DNA of 64,000 bases from an uncultured Verrucomicrobiae bacterium (GTDB lineage Bacteria; Verrucomicrobiota; Verrucomicrobiia; Chthoniobacterales; Terrimicrobiaceae), in the NCBI GenBank assembly GCA_963706955.1, contig CAVPOC010000008.1, forward strand, positions 1,024,001 through 1,088,000, read 5' to 3'. Position numbers and translations under genes: made by a program. Below are positions 44,067 through 54,955 of this stretch, in pieces. The notes under the pieces are model-generated. The model did not search any database. It had not been told where the DNA came from and saw only the letters and a list, made by a program, of their open reading frames with translations. How positions within the stretch are numbered: position 1 is the first letter of the stretch; every line of letters begins with the position of its first letter.

Positions 44067-44700
44067 TCTTTAATACTTAAGTATGCGCAAATACCGCCGG
44101 TTTGCAAAAAATGTTGCGCGTGAAGGGGTTACAATATAACACGTGTTAAGATATTGGCACCAATAAGGGCTTGATTTCCATGGCTCATAGCCATGCGCCC
44201 AAAACGGGGAAGCCACCAAAAAAAAAGTTTTGCGCCACCCACGTTGAGGCCATCGTTATAAGTATGGTTACACCTTCAAGGATGAGGCGCGGAGTGGTTT
44301 ACTCTAACAAGTTATCGCGCTTGGCGTTGCGCCAAGCCAAAGGCTCCTCGCCTTTGTAACCATGGTTTTTAGAAAGGCTCGAATAGTCACGTCGGGGCCT
44401 AAATTTGTCGAGCCACCGTTGGATCAAGAGAACGCACGCTTGGCGCGTGCGGGCCGGCGGCTGCCGGAGCGTCTCCGGTGAACGCACTAGTTGAGGCGCA
44501 GCGCTCATGCGAAAATAGGGTTCGGCCGTGTAGCGGCTTTGGCTACAGATCCTTCGATACGACTCCGAAGGGTCACAGCCGGGACGAGTTCGCTCCCCAG
44601 AACATGTGCTCTGGAAAACGTACGAGGCGCGCAGATTTCGCGTACTCCATTCTTGCCTTCACGGCCGCCGGAAAAATAACGTCCGCTCACCTTTGGAGAG

Positions 44701-45690
44701 ATGACAGGCATTGAGATAATCGTTGGCATTGTCCTGGGCGTCACCGCGTATCTCTTGCTGCGCGCGTTGATGATGGGCTTCTTTACAGTGGCGCCGAACG
44801 AACGCGCCGTGCTGACGAGCTTTGGCCGGGCTCAACGCATCGGACGAGCCACCACGCTCGATACTCCGCTAGCCGACGACCTCCCCGAAGCAGATCGAGA
44901 ACGCTACAGCTATCCGCAACTACACGTCATTGGCCCGGGCGGTCCCTATTTTCGGTGGCCCTGGCAACGAGTGCATAAAGTTAACGTCGCGATTTCCACA
45001 GCCAGCATCGCCTTTGATCCCGAAACCCCGGAAGCAAATCAAGGAGGTCTGGTGCTTGAGGCAGTCACCCAGGATCAGCTTAACATTGGCTTGAGCGGAC
45101 AAATTCGCTTCAGTGTGAGCGAAGGCAATCTTTATGCGTTCCTCTTCGGGGTAAAAAACCCGATTGCGCATGTGATGGGATATTTCATCTCCGTTCTGCG
45201 GGAGCGCATCGCGAATTTCAAGGCACCGCGCGAGGATGGAGCGCTTGCGCCGGAAGACCTCCGCTTTGAGGGCATTTCCATTAACGATCTTCGAAAGAAT
45301 GTGAATCTTCTTAACGAGCAAATGGACCTCGAGTGCCGCAGCTCGGCGGCACGTTACGGGATCACGCTCGACGCCTCATTGATCACTGGGATCGACCCGC
45401 CCCACCAAATCGAAAGTGCCCTCGCCGCCATCAACACCGCCCACAACGAAGTTTCTTCGGACGTCAGCGTGGCGCAGGCGCTTGCCGACCAGCGGATCGA
45501 AGAGTCCAAGCGTGCCGTGGAAATCCAAACTATGAAAGCGGAAGCAGAAGTGGAGCCGCTCAGGTGGCTCGCCGAACAGCTCCAATTGCTGAAGCAAAGC
45601 GGACCGGAGGCCATTCCGGGGTACCTGCGCAATGTTCGGCTCGACCTCTACAAGCGCGCGAAGCGCATCATTCTCGACATGGGACGATGA
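44701..45690 (+). CDS. SPFH/band-7 domain protein 1
   Basis: N-terminal TM, GFFTVAPNERAVLTSFG, GPGGPYFRWPWQRV, and a coiled C-terminus. Confidence 0.88.
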   Translation: MTGIEIIVGIVLGVTAYLLLRALMMGFFTVAPNERAVLTSFGRAQRIGRATTLDTPLADDLPEADRERYSYPQLHVIGPGGPYFRWPWQRVHKVNVAISTASIAFDPETPEANQGGLVLEAVTQDQLNIGLSGQIRFSVSEGNLYAFLFGVKNPIAHVMGYFISVLRERIANFKAPREDGALAPEDLRFEGISINDLRKNVNLLNEQMDLECRSSAARYGITLDASLITGIDPPHQIESALAAINTAHNEVSSDVSVAQALADQRIEESKRAVEIQTMKAEAEVEPLRWLAEQLQLLKQSGPEAIPGYLRNVRLDLYKRAKRIILDMGR

Positions 45691-46598
45691 CTTTTCTGCT
45701 CGCCTTTTTCATCACCCTGATCGTGTGCATCATTCTGGTGCCGCTGGTGACTGGCTTGGGAAAGTTCTTCTGTCTGTTCGCGATCGTGCAGGAGTGCGAA
45801 GCCCACGTTTTTTTGCTCTTTGGACGCGTGATTGGCGTCATCGACGACCCCGGCCTGCATCTGCTCGCCTTTAAGATCGGCCCGCACGCGCTCCTCATCC
45901 GATTTTTCGGCGCAGTGCGGCGCGTCGATCTGCGACTCGATCAAGAATATTTGCGCAGCGAGCCGGTCAACTCGGAAGAAGGGACGCCGATGGGCATCGG
46001 CGTGTGGTACGAAATGCGCGTAGGCAATCCGGCCGATTATCTTTTCCGCAACACTGATCCGCGTGGCTCCTTACGCGCCAATGTTCGCAATGCCACTGTG
46101 CGCTGCCTGAGCAACATGCCGCTGCAAAACCTTCTCGAGGACCGCCACAAGATGAGCCGGCGGGTTCGCGAGGAAGTCTCTCCGAAATCAGAGGCGTGGG
46201 GGTTCCATTTGGGATCTGTTTACATCCGCAAGGTTCACTTTCGAGATGATCAGATGATCCACCAAATCGAGCAAAAAGTGGTCAACCGCCTCCGACAGGT
46301 CACCTCCGCCATCCGCCAACAAGGCGCCAACCAGGTGGCGATCATCAAGAGCGGCGCCGAGCGCACCGCCGCGGCTGAATTTGCGCACGCCGCCGCCGTT
46401 CGCCCGTATCTGGTCGGCAAAGCCATCCAGGAGATCGCCATGGATAAGGAAATCCTCGAGGCTGTCTTTCAAATTCTTGAGACGGAGAAAATGCTCGATG
46501 GCGACGTCGATTTGACACTCGTCCCCCGCGAGAGCCTGTTCGCCCGTCTTCTCGCGACTCAGGGCGCTGCTTTAGGGGCGGCGCCCGCGCCGCAGTAG
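45687..46598 (+). CDS. SPFH/band-7 domain protein 2
   Basis: ATGA overlap with gene 1; TM, LFGRVIGVIDDPGLH, VDLRLDQ, WGFHLGSVYIRKV. Confidence 0.85.
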   Translation: MTFLLAFFITLIVCIILVPLVTGLGKFFCLFAIVQECEAHVFLLFGRVIGVIDDPGLHLLAFKIGPHALLIRFFGAVRRVDLRLDQEYLRSEPVNSEEGTPMGIGVWYEMRVGNPADYLFRNTDPRGSLRANVRNATVRCLSNMPLQNLLEDRHKMSRRVREEVSPKSEAWGFHLGSVYIRKVHFRDDQMIHQIEQKVVNRLRQVTSAIRQQGANQVAIIKSGAERTAAAEFAHAAAVRPYLVGKAIQEIAMDKEILEAVFQILETEKMLDGDVDLTLVPRESLFARLLATQGAALGAAPAPQ

Positions 46599-46632
46599 AA
46601 AAGCACGGTATTTCCGTTACGGTTAACTCGTA

Positions 46633-47952
46633 ATGGAGTCTGTCGCGCGCAAGATCGTTCGCCGCCTGAGAGAGGCAGGTCATCAGGCCCTCTTTGCGGG
46701 AGGGTGTGTCCGCGATTCCCTAATGGGCAAAACGCCGCACGACTTCGACATTGCTACCTCGGCCCGGCCGGAGCAGGTGCAAGCGCTCTTTCCGCGAACA
46801 ATTGCTGTAGGCGCCCAATTTGGCGTCATTCTGGTGGTCGAAGAGGGCCGCGATTACCAGGTGGCAACGTTTCGCTCCGATGGGACCTACCTCGACGGCC
46901 GCCACCCGCGAAGCGTCAGCTTCACCACTCCGGAAGGAGATGCGAGACGCCGGGATTTCACCATCAATGGCCTTTTCTACGATCCGATCGAAGGGAAGGT
47001 GCTCGACTTCGTGGGCGGCCGCGAGGACCTCGAAACCCGCACTCTCCGCGCGATCGGAAATCCTGCGGAGCGTTTCGCTGAAGATAGGTTGCGCCTTCTG
47101 CGCGCAGTGCGATTCGCCACCGTGCTGGACTTCACCATCGAACCCGACACTTGGAATGCGCTCTGCGCCGCGGTCGAAACAATTCACGACGTCAGCGCCG
47201 AACGCATCCGAGACGAACTGGTCAAGATTTTTGCCTCACCTCAACGGCTGCGTGGATTTGATCTCCTCGATGCTAGTGGATTAATGGAGGAGATCCTCCC
47301 GGAAATCGAGCCATTGAGAGGCTGCGAACAGCCGCCGGATTTCCACCCAGAAGGCGACGTATTCGTCCATACGCGGCTCATGCTGGCGCTTCTGCCAAAA
47401 GACGCTTCTGTGCTTCTGGTCTTGGCGACACTCTTCCACGATCTCGGCAAGCCACCGACAATGGAGCGCGACCAGACGGGACGCATCCGCTTTAGCGGAC
47501 ATGAGTCGGTGAGCGCGCAGATGACCGAGAAAATCATGCGGCGGCTGCGGTTTTCCAATGAGGAGATCGAGGCCACCACAGCCATGGTCCAAAACCACAT
47601 GGTCTTCAAGGATGTCCAAAATATGCGCGTGTCGCGTCTCAAGCGTTTCCTTGCACGTCCAACCTTCGACGACGAGCTCGAGTTGCACCGCGTTGACTGC
47701 TTGGCAAGCCACGGCAATCTCGACAATTACGAATTCCTGAGGCGTCGAAGCGAAGATCTTGCCAATGAACCTCTTATCCCCCCACCACTCGTCACCGGCC
47801 ATGACCTCATCGCCTTGGGGTGGAAGCCTGGGCCGAAGTTCAAGGCCGTCCTCGATGCCGTCCAAGTGCGGCAGCTCGAAGGCATCCTGCGCACCCGTGA
47901 AGAGGCCATCACCTGGGTGGAAAAGGAGTTCCCGGCCATACCCCTCGATTAG
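46633..47952 (+). CDS. CCA tRNA nucleotidyltransferase / poly(A) polymerase family with HD domain
   Basis: GGCVRD...DFDIATSA, RRDFTIN, EDRLRLLRAVRF, ERIRDEL, FHPEGDVF.HT, LFHDLGKP. Confidence 0.93.
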   Translation: MESVARKIVRRLREAGHQALFAGGCVRDSLMGKTPHDFDIATSARPEQVQALFPRTIAVGAQFGVILVVEEGRDYQVATFRSDGTYLDGRHPRSVSFTTPEGDARRRDFTINGLFYDPIEGKVLDFVGGREDLETRTLRAIGNPAERFAEDRLRLLRAVRFATVLDFTIEPDTWNALCAAVETIHDVSAERIRDELVKIFASPQRLRGFDLLDASGLMEEILPEIEPLRGCEQPPDFHPEGDVFVHTRLMLALLPKDASVLLVLATLFHDLGKPPTMERDQTGRIRFSGHESVSAQMTEKIMRRLRFSNEEIEATTAMVQNHMVFKDVQNMRVSRLKRFLARPTFDDELELHRVDCLASHGNLDNYEFLRRRSEDLANEPLIPPPLVTGHDLIALGWKPGPKFKAVLDAVQVRQLEGILRTREEAITWVEKEFPAIPLD

Positions 47953-48082
47953 CGGAGTTCCAGCGGGCGGATCCTTGGCCGTCGGAGATTTCCTCTTTCA
48001 ACACCAAAGCGGTCCTGATACAGAAGGAAGCCGGTAGTTGAACGTTGGATTGCTACCTTATATTAGCTAAACTAATATCCAA

Positions 48083-48826
48083 ATGTCTGCCTCCTCCGCT
48101 TCCACGACGACCTCCCCAGGAATCTCTCATGCGTTAAATCGGTGGATTTTTTCGTCCATCGGCAAGAAGACCATTGTTGCCGTCACTGGAATCGTGCTGG
48201 TGCTCTTTGTCATCGGACACATGATCGGCAACCTGACCGTCTTCTTTGGCCGCGATGTAATTAACGCGTACACGATGCATCTTCGCGATCTTGGTCCGCT
48301 GCTTTGGCTGATCCGGCTCTTTATGCTGACCTCCGTGATCCTTCACATCTGGTTCACGATGCTGGTGTGGAAGGAAAACATGGCCGCTCACCCTCAAAAG
48401 TATGCGGTCTTCGCACCGATGACGACGACGATTTTCGCGCGGACGATGCGTCTGACCGGTCTAATCCTTCTGGCTTTCATTGTCTTTCATCTGGCGCATT
48501 TCACGCTGCTGCTGGTCGATCCCGGCTACGCCAACTATCACGCCGATCTGCACGGGAGAGAAGTGCACGATGTCTATCGAATGGTCATCGTCGGTTTTCG
48601 CAATCCACTCGTCAGCCTATTCTACATCGTGGCCATGGCGCTTCTGGCATTCCACCTGAGTCACGGCGTGGCGAGTTTGTTTCAGACCTTGGGCGTTACG
48701 GACCAGAAGATGCGCTTCTACTACGAGACTGGGGGGCAAATCCTGGCTTGGGTCCTGTTTGTTGGCTATATCGCGATACCAGTTTCGGTCCTTTTCTTCG
48801 GCCTTGGCAGTGGAGTTGTAAAATGA
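48083..48826 (+). CDS. sdhC: Succinate dehydrogenase cytochrome b558 subunit
   Basis: [46 protein letters not shown]. Confidence 0.92.
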   Translation: MSASSASTTTSPGISHALNRWIFSSIGKKTIVAVTGIVLVLFVIGHMIGNLTVFFGRDVINAYTMHLRDLGPLLWLIRLFMLTSVILHIWFTMLVWKENMAAHPQKYAVFAPMTTTIFARTMRLTGLILLAFIVFHLAHFTLLLVDPGYANYHADLHGREVHDVYRMVIVGFRNPLVSLFYIVAMALLAFHLSHGVASLFQTLGVTDQKMRFYYETGGQILAWVLFVGYIAIPVSVLFFGLGSGVVK

Positions 48827-50743
48827 CACTCGACGCGCACATCCCTCCCGGTCCGCTGGAAAGAAAATGGACGACCTACAAGAACAACGCCAAGATCATT
48901 AGCCCAGCGAACAAGCGTAAGTTCAAGCTAATCATCGTGGGAAGCGGATTGGCCGGAGCGTCAGCTGCGGCGACGCTTGGCGAGCAGGGATTCAATATCG
49001 AGTGTTTCTGTTACCAGGACAGCGCGCGCCGGGCGCACTCGATCGCCGCCCAAGGCGGAATCAACGCCGCCAAGAACTATCAGAACGATGGCGACAGCGT
49101 CTATCGGCTCTTCTACGACACCATCAAAGGGGGAGACTTCCGAGCCCGAGAGGCGAACGTTTACCGGTTGGCCGAGGTCAGCGCCGCGATCATCGACCAG
49201 TGCGTCGCACAAGGGGTGCCGTTTGCGCGCGAATACGGTGGTCTTCTGGCCAACCGCTCCTTCGGCGGCGCGCAGGTCTCCCGCACGTTTTATGCGCGCG
49301 GCCAAACTGGCCAGCAGCTTCTCCTGGGGGCCTATCAGGCGCTTTGCGCACAGATCACCGCCGGGCAGGTCAAGATGTTTCCGCGCACCGAGATGCTCGA
49401 TCTCGTCCTCGTCGACGGACACGCCAAGGGCATCGTCGTTCGCGACATGGTGACCGGCGAGATTCGCAGCCATGCCGGCGACGCAGTCCTGCTCTGCACA
49501 GGTGGCTACGGCAATGTCTTTTATCTCTCGACCAACGCCAAAGGCTGCAACGTGACCGCCACCTTCCGCGCCTACAAGCGCGGCGCCTTGTTCGCCAATC
49601 CGTGTTACACCCAGATTCATCCGACTTGCATCCCGGTCAGCGGGGAGTATCAATCGAAACTCACCCTGATGTGCGAGTCGCTTCGCAACGACGGCCGCGT
49701 CTGGGTTCCCAAGCGCAAGGAGGATTGCAACAAGCCTCCCCACGAGATTCCGGAGGAGGCGCGCGATTACTACCTCGAGCGCAAATATCCGAGCTATGGC
49801 AATCTGGCGCCGCGCGATATTTCTTCCCGCAGCGCCAAGGAAGCCTGTGACGAAGGCAGAGGAATCGGTCCGGGCGGACTCGGCGTTTACCTGGATTTCT
49901 CCGATGCCATCAAGCGCCTCGGGCGGAACGTTGTCGAGGAGCGCTACAGCAATCTCTTCGAGATGTATGAGAACATCACCGGCGAAAATGCTTATGAGCG
50001 GCCGATGCGCATTTACCCGGCCGTCCATTACACCATGGGCGGATCGTGGGTGGACTACAATTTGATGAGCAACGTTCCCGGTCTGCACGTCCTGGGCGAA
50101 GCAAACTTCTCCGACCATGGCGCCAATCGCCTCGGCGCCTCGGCACTCATGCAAGGTCTCGCCGACGGCTATTTCGTCATCCCCTATACCATCGGCAACT
50201 ATCTCGCCGGCGAATTCAACAAAAAGCGTCCCCAAACCAGCGATCCCGCATTCCAGCAAACGGAAAAGGAGGTCCGCGAACGCGTCCAGCGCCTGCTCAG
50301 TATCAATGGAACCCGAACTGTCGACAGCTTCCACCGCGAGCTTGGCCTCCTCATGTGGGACAAATGCGGGATGGCGCGCGAGAAGGCAGGGCTGGAGGAA
50401 GCCATCGCGAGGATGCCGAAGCTCCGGGAGGAATTCTGGTCATGATGTCAAAGTCCTTGGCGCCGGGGAAAACATCAACCAATCCCTTGAAAAGGCCGGA
50501 CGGGTCGCCGATTTCCTCGAGTTCGGCGAACTGATGTGCCGCGATGCCTTAGATCGCAATGAATCGTGTGGCGGGCACTTCCGTGTCGAATATCAAACTC
50601 CGGACGGCGAGGCACTGCGCGATGACGAGAATTACGCCCACGTTTCCGCCTGGAAGTACGAAGGCCCAGACAAGGAACCGACCCGAATCAAAGAACCGCT
50701 CGTCTATGAAACCGTAAAGCTGGCGACGAGAAGCTATAAGTAG
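48823..50743 (+). CDS. sdhA: Succinate dehydrogenase/fumarate reductase flavoprotein (frameshift near 50440)
   Basis: [52 protein letters not shown]. Confidence 0.95.
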
Positions 50744-50771
50744 GTTGAGAGGTGATGGTTGAGAGTTGAGA
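50744..50771 (+). repeat. GTTGAGA heptamer array (left arm)
   Basis: GTTGAGA GGTGATG GTTGAGA GTTGAGA immediately after the sdhA stop. Confidence 0.85.
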
Positions 50772-50783
50772 GGAACAGCAACG

Positions 50784-51144
50784 ATGTTCAATTTCGAAAA
50801 ACTGGAAGTCTGGCGAAAGTCGATCGAATTCGCTGACCTTGTCTATAAGCTAACGCGTCCCTTCCCGGTGGATGAGCGTTTTGGACTTACAAACCAAATG
50901 CGACGTGCTTCAGTTGCGGTTTCGTCGAACATCGCCGAGGGAAGCACGCTCTTCGAAGACAGATTACTCCCGGTTCATCGAATTAGCGGCCGGCTCGCTC
51001 TTCGAAGTTGTATCTCAAGCACACATCGGCACCAGGCAAGGATACCTGAAGGAAGAGGCTTTTCAGCTACTACACGCAAGCGCCGAAGAACTGAGCCGAA
51101 TGCTAAGCGGATTAAGGTCCTACCTCATAAAAGGCCCCGCGTGA
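50784..51144 (+). CDS. Four-helix-bundle protein (23S rRNA IVP / bAvd-like family); frameshift near 50945
   Basis: [48 protein letters not shown] ... [16 protein letters not shown]. Confidence 0.92.
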
Positions 51145-51150
51145 CCAATC

Positions 51151-51171
51151 TCTCAACTCTCAACTCTCAAC
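51151..51171 (-). repeat. TCTCAAC x3 heptamer array (right arm, inverted)
   Basis: Reverse complement of the left arm, ending just before the sdhB ATG. Confidence 0.85.
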
Positions 51172-51172
51172 C

Positions 51173-51931
51173 ATGAACTTTACTTTGCGTGTTTGGCGGC
51201 AGAGCGGGCCGAAGGAAAGCGGGCGTTTCGAAGAGTACCCGGCGCATGACATTCCCGCGGATGCTTCCTTCTTGGAGATGTTAGACATTGTCAACGAAGG
51301 GTTGATCGAGAAGAACGTCGAGCCGATCGCCTTTGATCACGATTGCCGTGAAGGAATTTGCGGAACCTGCAGTATCACCATAAACGGATCTCCCCATGGT
51401 CCAGGCCGGGGCACGACGTGTCAGCTCTACATGCGCAAGTTCCATGATCGCGATGTGATCACGGTAGAGCCATTTCGAGCGGCGCCGTTTCCGGTGTTGC
51501 GTGATCTCACCGTCGACCGAAGCGCATTCGACCGTATCATCCAGGCGGGCGGATTTATCACCGAGCGCTGCGGTGCTGCCCCGGACGCGAATGCGCTTCC
51601 GATTCCTAAACCGATCGCCGACCTTTCCATGGACGCCGCTGCCTGCATCGGTTGCGGCGCATGCGCCGCTGCCTGCCCAAACAGCTCCGCGATGCTCTTC
51701 GTGAGCGCTAAGACTGGTCACCTTGGTTTGTTGCCCCAAGGCAAAGCCGAAAAGCACCGCCGAATTCTTAAGATGGTTCGCACCATGGACCAGGAAGGCT
51801 TTGGCAATTGCTCGAACTATTATGCATGTGAAGCTGTCTGTCCGGCCGGCATTCCGGCGGCGTTTATCGCGCGGCTAAATCGTGAGTACACTGTGGCGTC
51901 GGCGAGAGAATCGGTCGGCGCGACATATTAG
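51173..51931 (+). CDS. sdhB: Succinate dehydrogenase iron-sulfur subunit
   Basis: [40 protein letters not shown]. Confidence 0.95.
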   Translation: MNFTLRVWRQSGPKESGRFEEYPAHDIPADASFLEMLDIVNEGLIEKNVEPIAFDHDCREGICGTCSITINGSPHGPGRGTTCQLYMRKFHDRDVITVEPFRAAPFPVLRDLTVDRSAFDRIIQAGGFITERCGAAPDANALPIPKPIADLSMDAAACIGCGACAAACPNSSAMLFVSAKTGHLGLLPQGKAEKHRRILKMVRTMDQEGFGNCSNYYACEAVCPAGIPAAFIARLNREYTVASARESVGATY

Positions 51932-51986
51932 CTTCCATCAATCCTTCGTTGCTCCTGCGGGGTAATTGCTTTACCTGATTGCCCGG

Positions 51987-53033
51987 ATGATTCCGGTTTC
52001 GGACACGCAAGCGAAGCAGACGAACGGCCCACCGGCGGCCGGTTCCTCGCTGTTGCATCATTCGTTGACCCTCTTGCAGGTTGCCGTCACCGTCGGGCTG
52101 CTTTGGTGGCTGTTTCATAACCCTGAGCGCCGCGCCGTGATGGCAGCGGCATTGAAAGCGGCCGATTGGCGTTGGGTCATAGTGGCCATTGTCGCAGCGG
52201 GAGTTTGCGAGTTCTTTGGAATCCTTCGCTGGCAACTTTTCCTGCGCATGCTGCACATCGAGGTGCCGCTTCGCAAAACCTCAAATTTGTTTTTTATCGG
52301 CGCATTTTTTAACCAATTTCTTCCCGGCACGACCGGCGGCGACGTCGTCCGCGTGATTTTTCTTATGCAAGACCACCCGGAGAACAAGACCGAAGGATTG
52401 TTGAGCGTCGCGGTGGACCGTCTGCTGGCAGTGCTGGTGCTGGTGATCATGGGGCTGCTCTTTGCCTGGATCCGCAGCGATTGGTTTGCGAGCAGTTTTG
52501 CGGTTGGCCACCTGATGAAATGGTTCGCGATTACCCTCTTCGTCATGGCGCTCGCACTCGTAGCCTCGTTTGTCCTTACGAGCCGTCACTTGGTCACTCT
52601 GCTCCCGCGGCGTTTTCCCTTTCGGAGGCAGATTATTAAGCTTTCCAGGATTTGGCAGCTGTGTCTGGAGAATCGCCGCGAAGCCCTGCTCGGCGCGATC
52701 TATACCGTCCCGATGTTGTTGGCGTATTTCGCAGCGTTCTGCTTTGTTGCGAAAGCCTTCACCAACAAGGTGAGCTTTTGGGATATGACCTCGATCATGC
52801 CTCTGGTGACAGCAATCTCTTCCCTGCCGATCAGCCTCAACGGGATCGGCGTGCGTGAGGCACTCTTCGAAGAATTGCTGGCACAACTGTGCGGCGTTTC
52901 GCGCGGCACGGGGCTCTTGATCTCTATAACCGGAATGACCGTTTATTTACTTTGGGGATTGGTCGGCGGGTTCTTCTACCTTGGACGAATTACCAGGCGC
53001 TACCGCGCTTGCAGCGAGACTCCAGGAAAATAA
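51987..53033 (+). CDS. Lysylphosphatidylglycerol synthase TM / YbhN-like flippase
   Basis: RWQLFL, FIGAFFNQFLPGTTGGDVVR, SVAVDRL, LPISLNGIGVRE. Confidence 0.85.
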   Translation: MIPVSDTQAKQTNGPPAAGSSLLHHSLTLLQVAVTVGLLWWLFHNPERRAVMAAALKAADWRWVIVAIVAAGVCEFFGILRWQLFLRMLHIEVPLRKTSNLFFIGAFFNQFLPGTTGGDVVRVIFLMQDHPENKTEGLLSVAVDRLLAVLVLVIMGLLFAWIRSDWFASSFAVGHLMKWFAITLFVMALALVASFVLTSRHLVTLLPRRFPFRRQIIKLSRIWQLCLENRREALLGAIYTVPMLLAYFAAFCFVAKAFTNKVSFWDMTSIMPLVTAISSLPISLNGIGVREALFEELLAQLCGVSRGTGLLISITGMTVYLLWGLVGGFFYLGRITRRYRACSETPGK

Positions 53034-54830
53034 ATAGCCGCCGGTGCCACGCTCCACCAAAGCCCGGTCCGTCTCCCCTCGGCTATAGTGGTAAAGGTAT
53101 AACGGTCACTTAGCGCTCTGATGAAGCGCGGCGGATTGTTGACAAAGGGATTTTCCTCGAGCAGATCGGAGACGGTAGGCGAACCCTCGAGCAAGCGCTC
53201 GAGAAAGCGCAAGAACCAAGGGTTTTGCTCAGCCGTTCCCAAAGCGGCGAACCACATTTGCCAGTCGAGCCGCGGCATGTAGGGAGCTACCCAGGGAGGA
53301 GCACGCCGTGGGTCGCCCGGCTTGAAACGGAAAGAATATGCTTTCCACGTGACTCCATCATCCGATCCCTGAACCAAAATTTCTCTGCGTTCCTTCGTCA
53401 TGACCGCAAAAAGCCCATAGCCGTTGATGGTCCGAAACGGAGCCACCCCTTCATAGGCCATCATCAGCGGCGCGAGTAAAGGCATGGGTCGACGAAAGGC
53501 AGCTGAGAGCGGCACCAGGCTGAGCAGAACGATCGCAACCGCTGCCGCAAGAACAACCTTTCTCGGCAGAAAACGTGCCGGCCGGACGCGTGGTCGATTG
53601 ACCCGCGACCTTGACGGCGCCAACCGCCTCCAAACCGCGTCGTCCACGCACATCAAACAGAGAAGCAGCGTCAGCAGATTGAAGAACCCATAGTTGCCGG
53701 TGAGCGCGATCAAGAGCTGAAGCGTTGCGATGCCTCCCACCCCGAACAATCGGATGCGTCTCGGCGCAAACAGGAAAAAGGGAAGCACGAGTTCGATGGC
53801 GAACATCGCCCAGACGCTGATCGTCTGCCAAGTCGCGGGCGACTGTTGCGCAAACCAGGCAAGCGAAGTCGGAAGGGGCTGGGTGAAATAGTGGTATCTC
53901 GAGGGCAGTCCCATCAGCCCAAGCGGGATCGCCACTCGTTAGCTTGACCACGCCGGAAGCGAAAATAAGTCGAAACAGCAACCAGATGATCAGGAAACGT
54001 GCGGGAGGTGGAGGATTCGCAGGCCTTGCCAAACGCAGACCCACCGGCGCGAGAAAAATGCTCATGAATCCGGCTTCGAGCAGCAGAATATCCCACTGAT
54101 ACTGATAGAAGAGCTGTCCGGCGACAGTGAGCGAAAGGTAGTCGGACCAAAGGAACACCAGACACGGCAACGGCACGAATCCAATAATCAAGACGAGGGC
54201 CGCAAAAATTCCGGCACCACACCAGGCGTAGAGCGCTGTATCACCGGCGCCTAACCAGCAGACACTAGGAAACTGCAGGAACCCAGCATCCCCGAGAATT
54301 TCGCGCACTCTGTCAAAAAACTCAGCTGCGGGAAGAATTCCCTTTGCTCCATTCAGTCCGGAAAGCTGAACCCAATAGGAAATAAACGCCAGGAGATAGA
54401 CCACTCCAAGCAACCGCAAGAATAGCCAGGTGGATATTGCGAATGTTGGCACGCGCACGTCTGCACCCCAAAGGAGTTGCGTCACGCGGGAAAAGAACAT
54501 CCGATTCCGAGCAACCGCGCGGTAAGCCGCGTCCGCGGGCCGGGCGAACCAAGACTTCTCGTTATAGAGCGAGAGAAGTGTTCGCCCACTGGCGGAAGCC
54601 GTCGCCAGAGCTGCAAAAACCGCCGGTGCGCCGGACAATCGTTCGCCCGCAGCGCCTACCCACTGGACAGCTTCATTTGATTCTTGCTTCGCGATGTCGA
54701 GGAATTCCTCAGCCGCCTTTTGGGAAGTGAGATAACGAACGCGGTCTCCAGTAGTGGCACGCCAGCGCTCGACCCAACGTGCGCAGAACTTGCAGTCGCC
54801 ATCATAAATCAGGGTCGGACGCCGCGCCAT
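53000..54830 (-). CDS. Lipase maturation factor family protein with N-terminal DCC1-like domain (frameshift near 53900)
   Basis: LIYDGDCKFCARW; FLRLLG..YL.AF, YQWDILLLEAG, HYFTQPLP, NYGFFNLL, NGYGLFAVMT, PYMPRLDWQMWFA. Confidence 0.9.
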
Positions 54831-54955
54831 TGGCAGCCCACGCTCGGCGCTCGGCTCTCAACATTCAACTCAAAAGCTGGCGAGAGCGCCGATCAAGCCA
54901 CTGGACGCAACTTGAACGTTGAAGGTTACGCCCTAAGAGCTGAGAATTGGGCTCT

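Larger units (their letters stand above)
32780..44365. mobile_element. 11.6 kb integrated capsid-encoding element (candidate phage satellite)
   Basis: TGTAACCATGG direct repeats at 32780-32790 and 44355-44365 with similar flanks. Integrase at the left end, Xis/primase/helicase at the right, capsid genes inside. Confidence 0.82.

Noticed and set aside
44179..44195. CATGG-CTCATAG-CCATG hairpin resembling a tRNA-Met anticodon arm
   Set aside because: No D or T arm around it; too short to call.
44366..44510. Several GC-rich hairpins, considered as 6S RNA or a riboswitch
   Set aside because: No family motif I can recognise; needs an Infernal/Rfam search.
48961..50334. Long antisense ORFs (also 26066-27010, 58317-59555, 36490-37260)
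   Set aside because: They shadow better-supported genes on the opposite strand, as expected in GC-rich DNA.
50784..51144. Avd-like gene as a sign of a diversity-generating retroelement
   Set aside because: No reverse transcriptase and no TR/VR repeat pair in the window.
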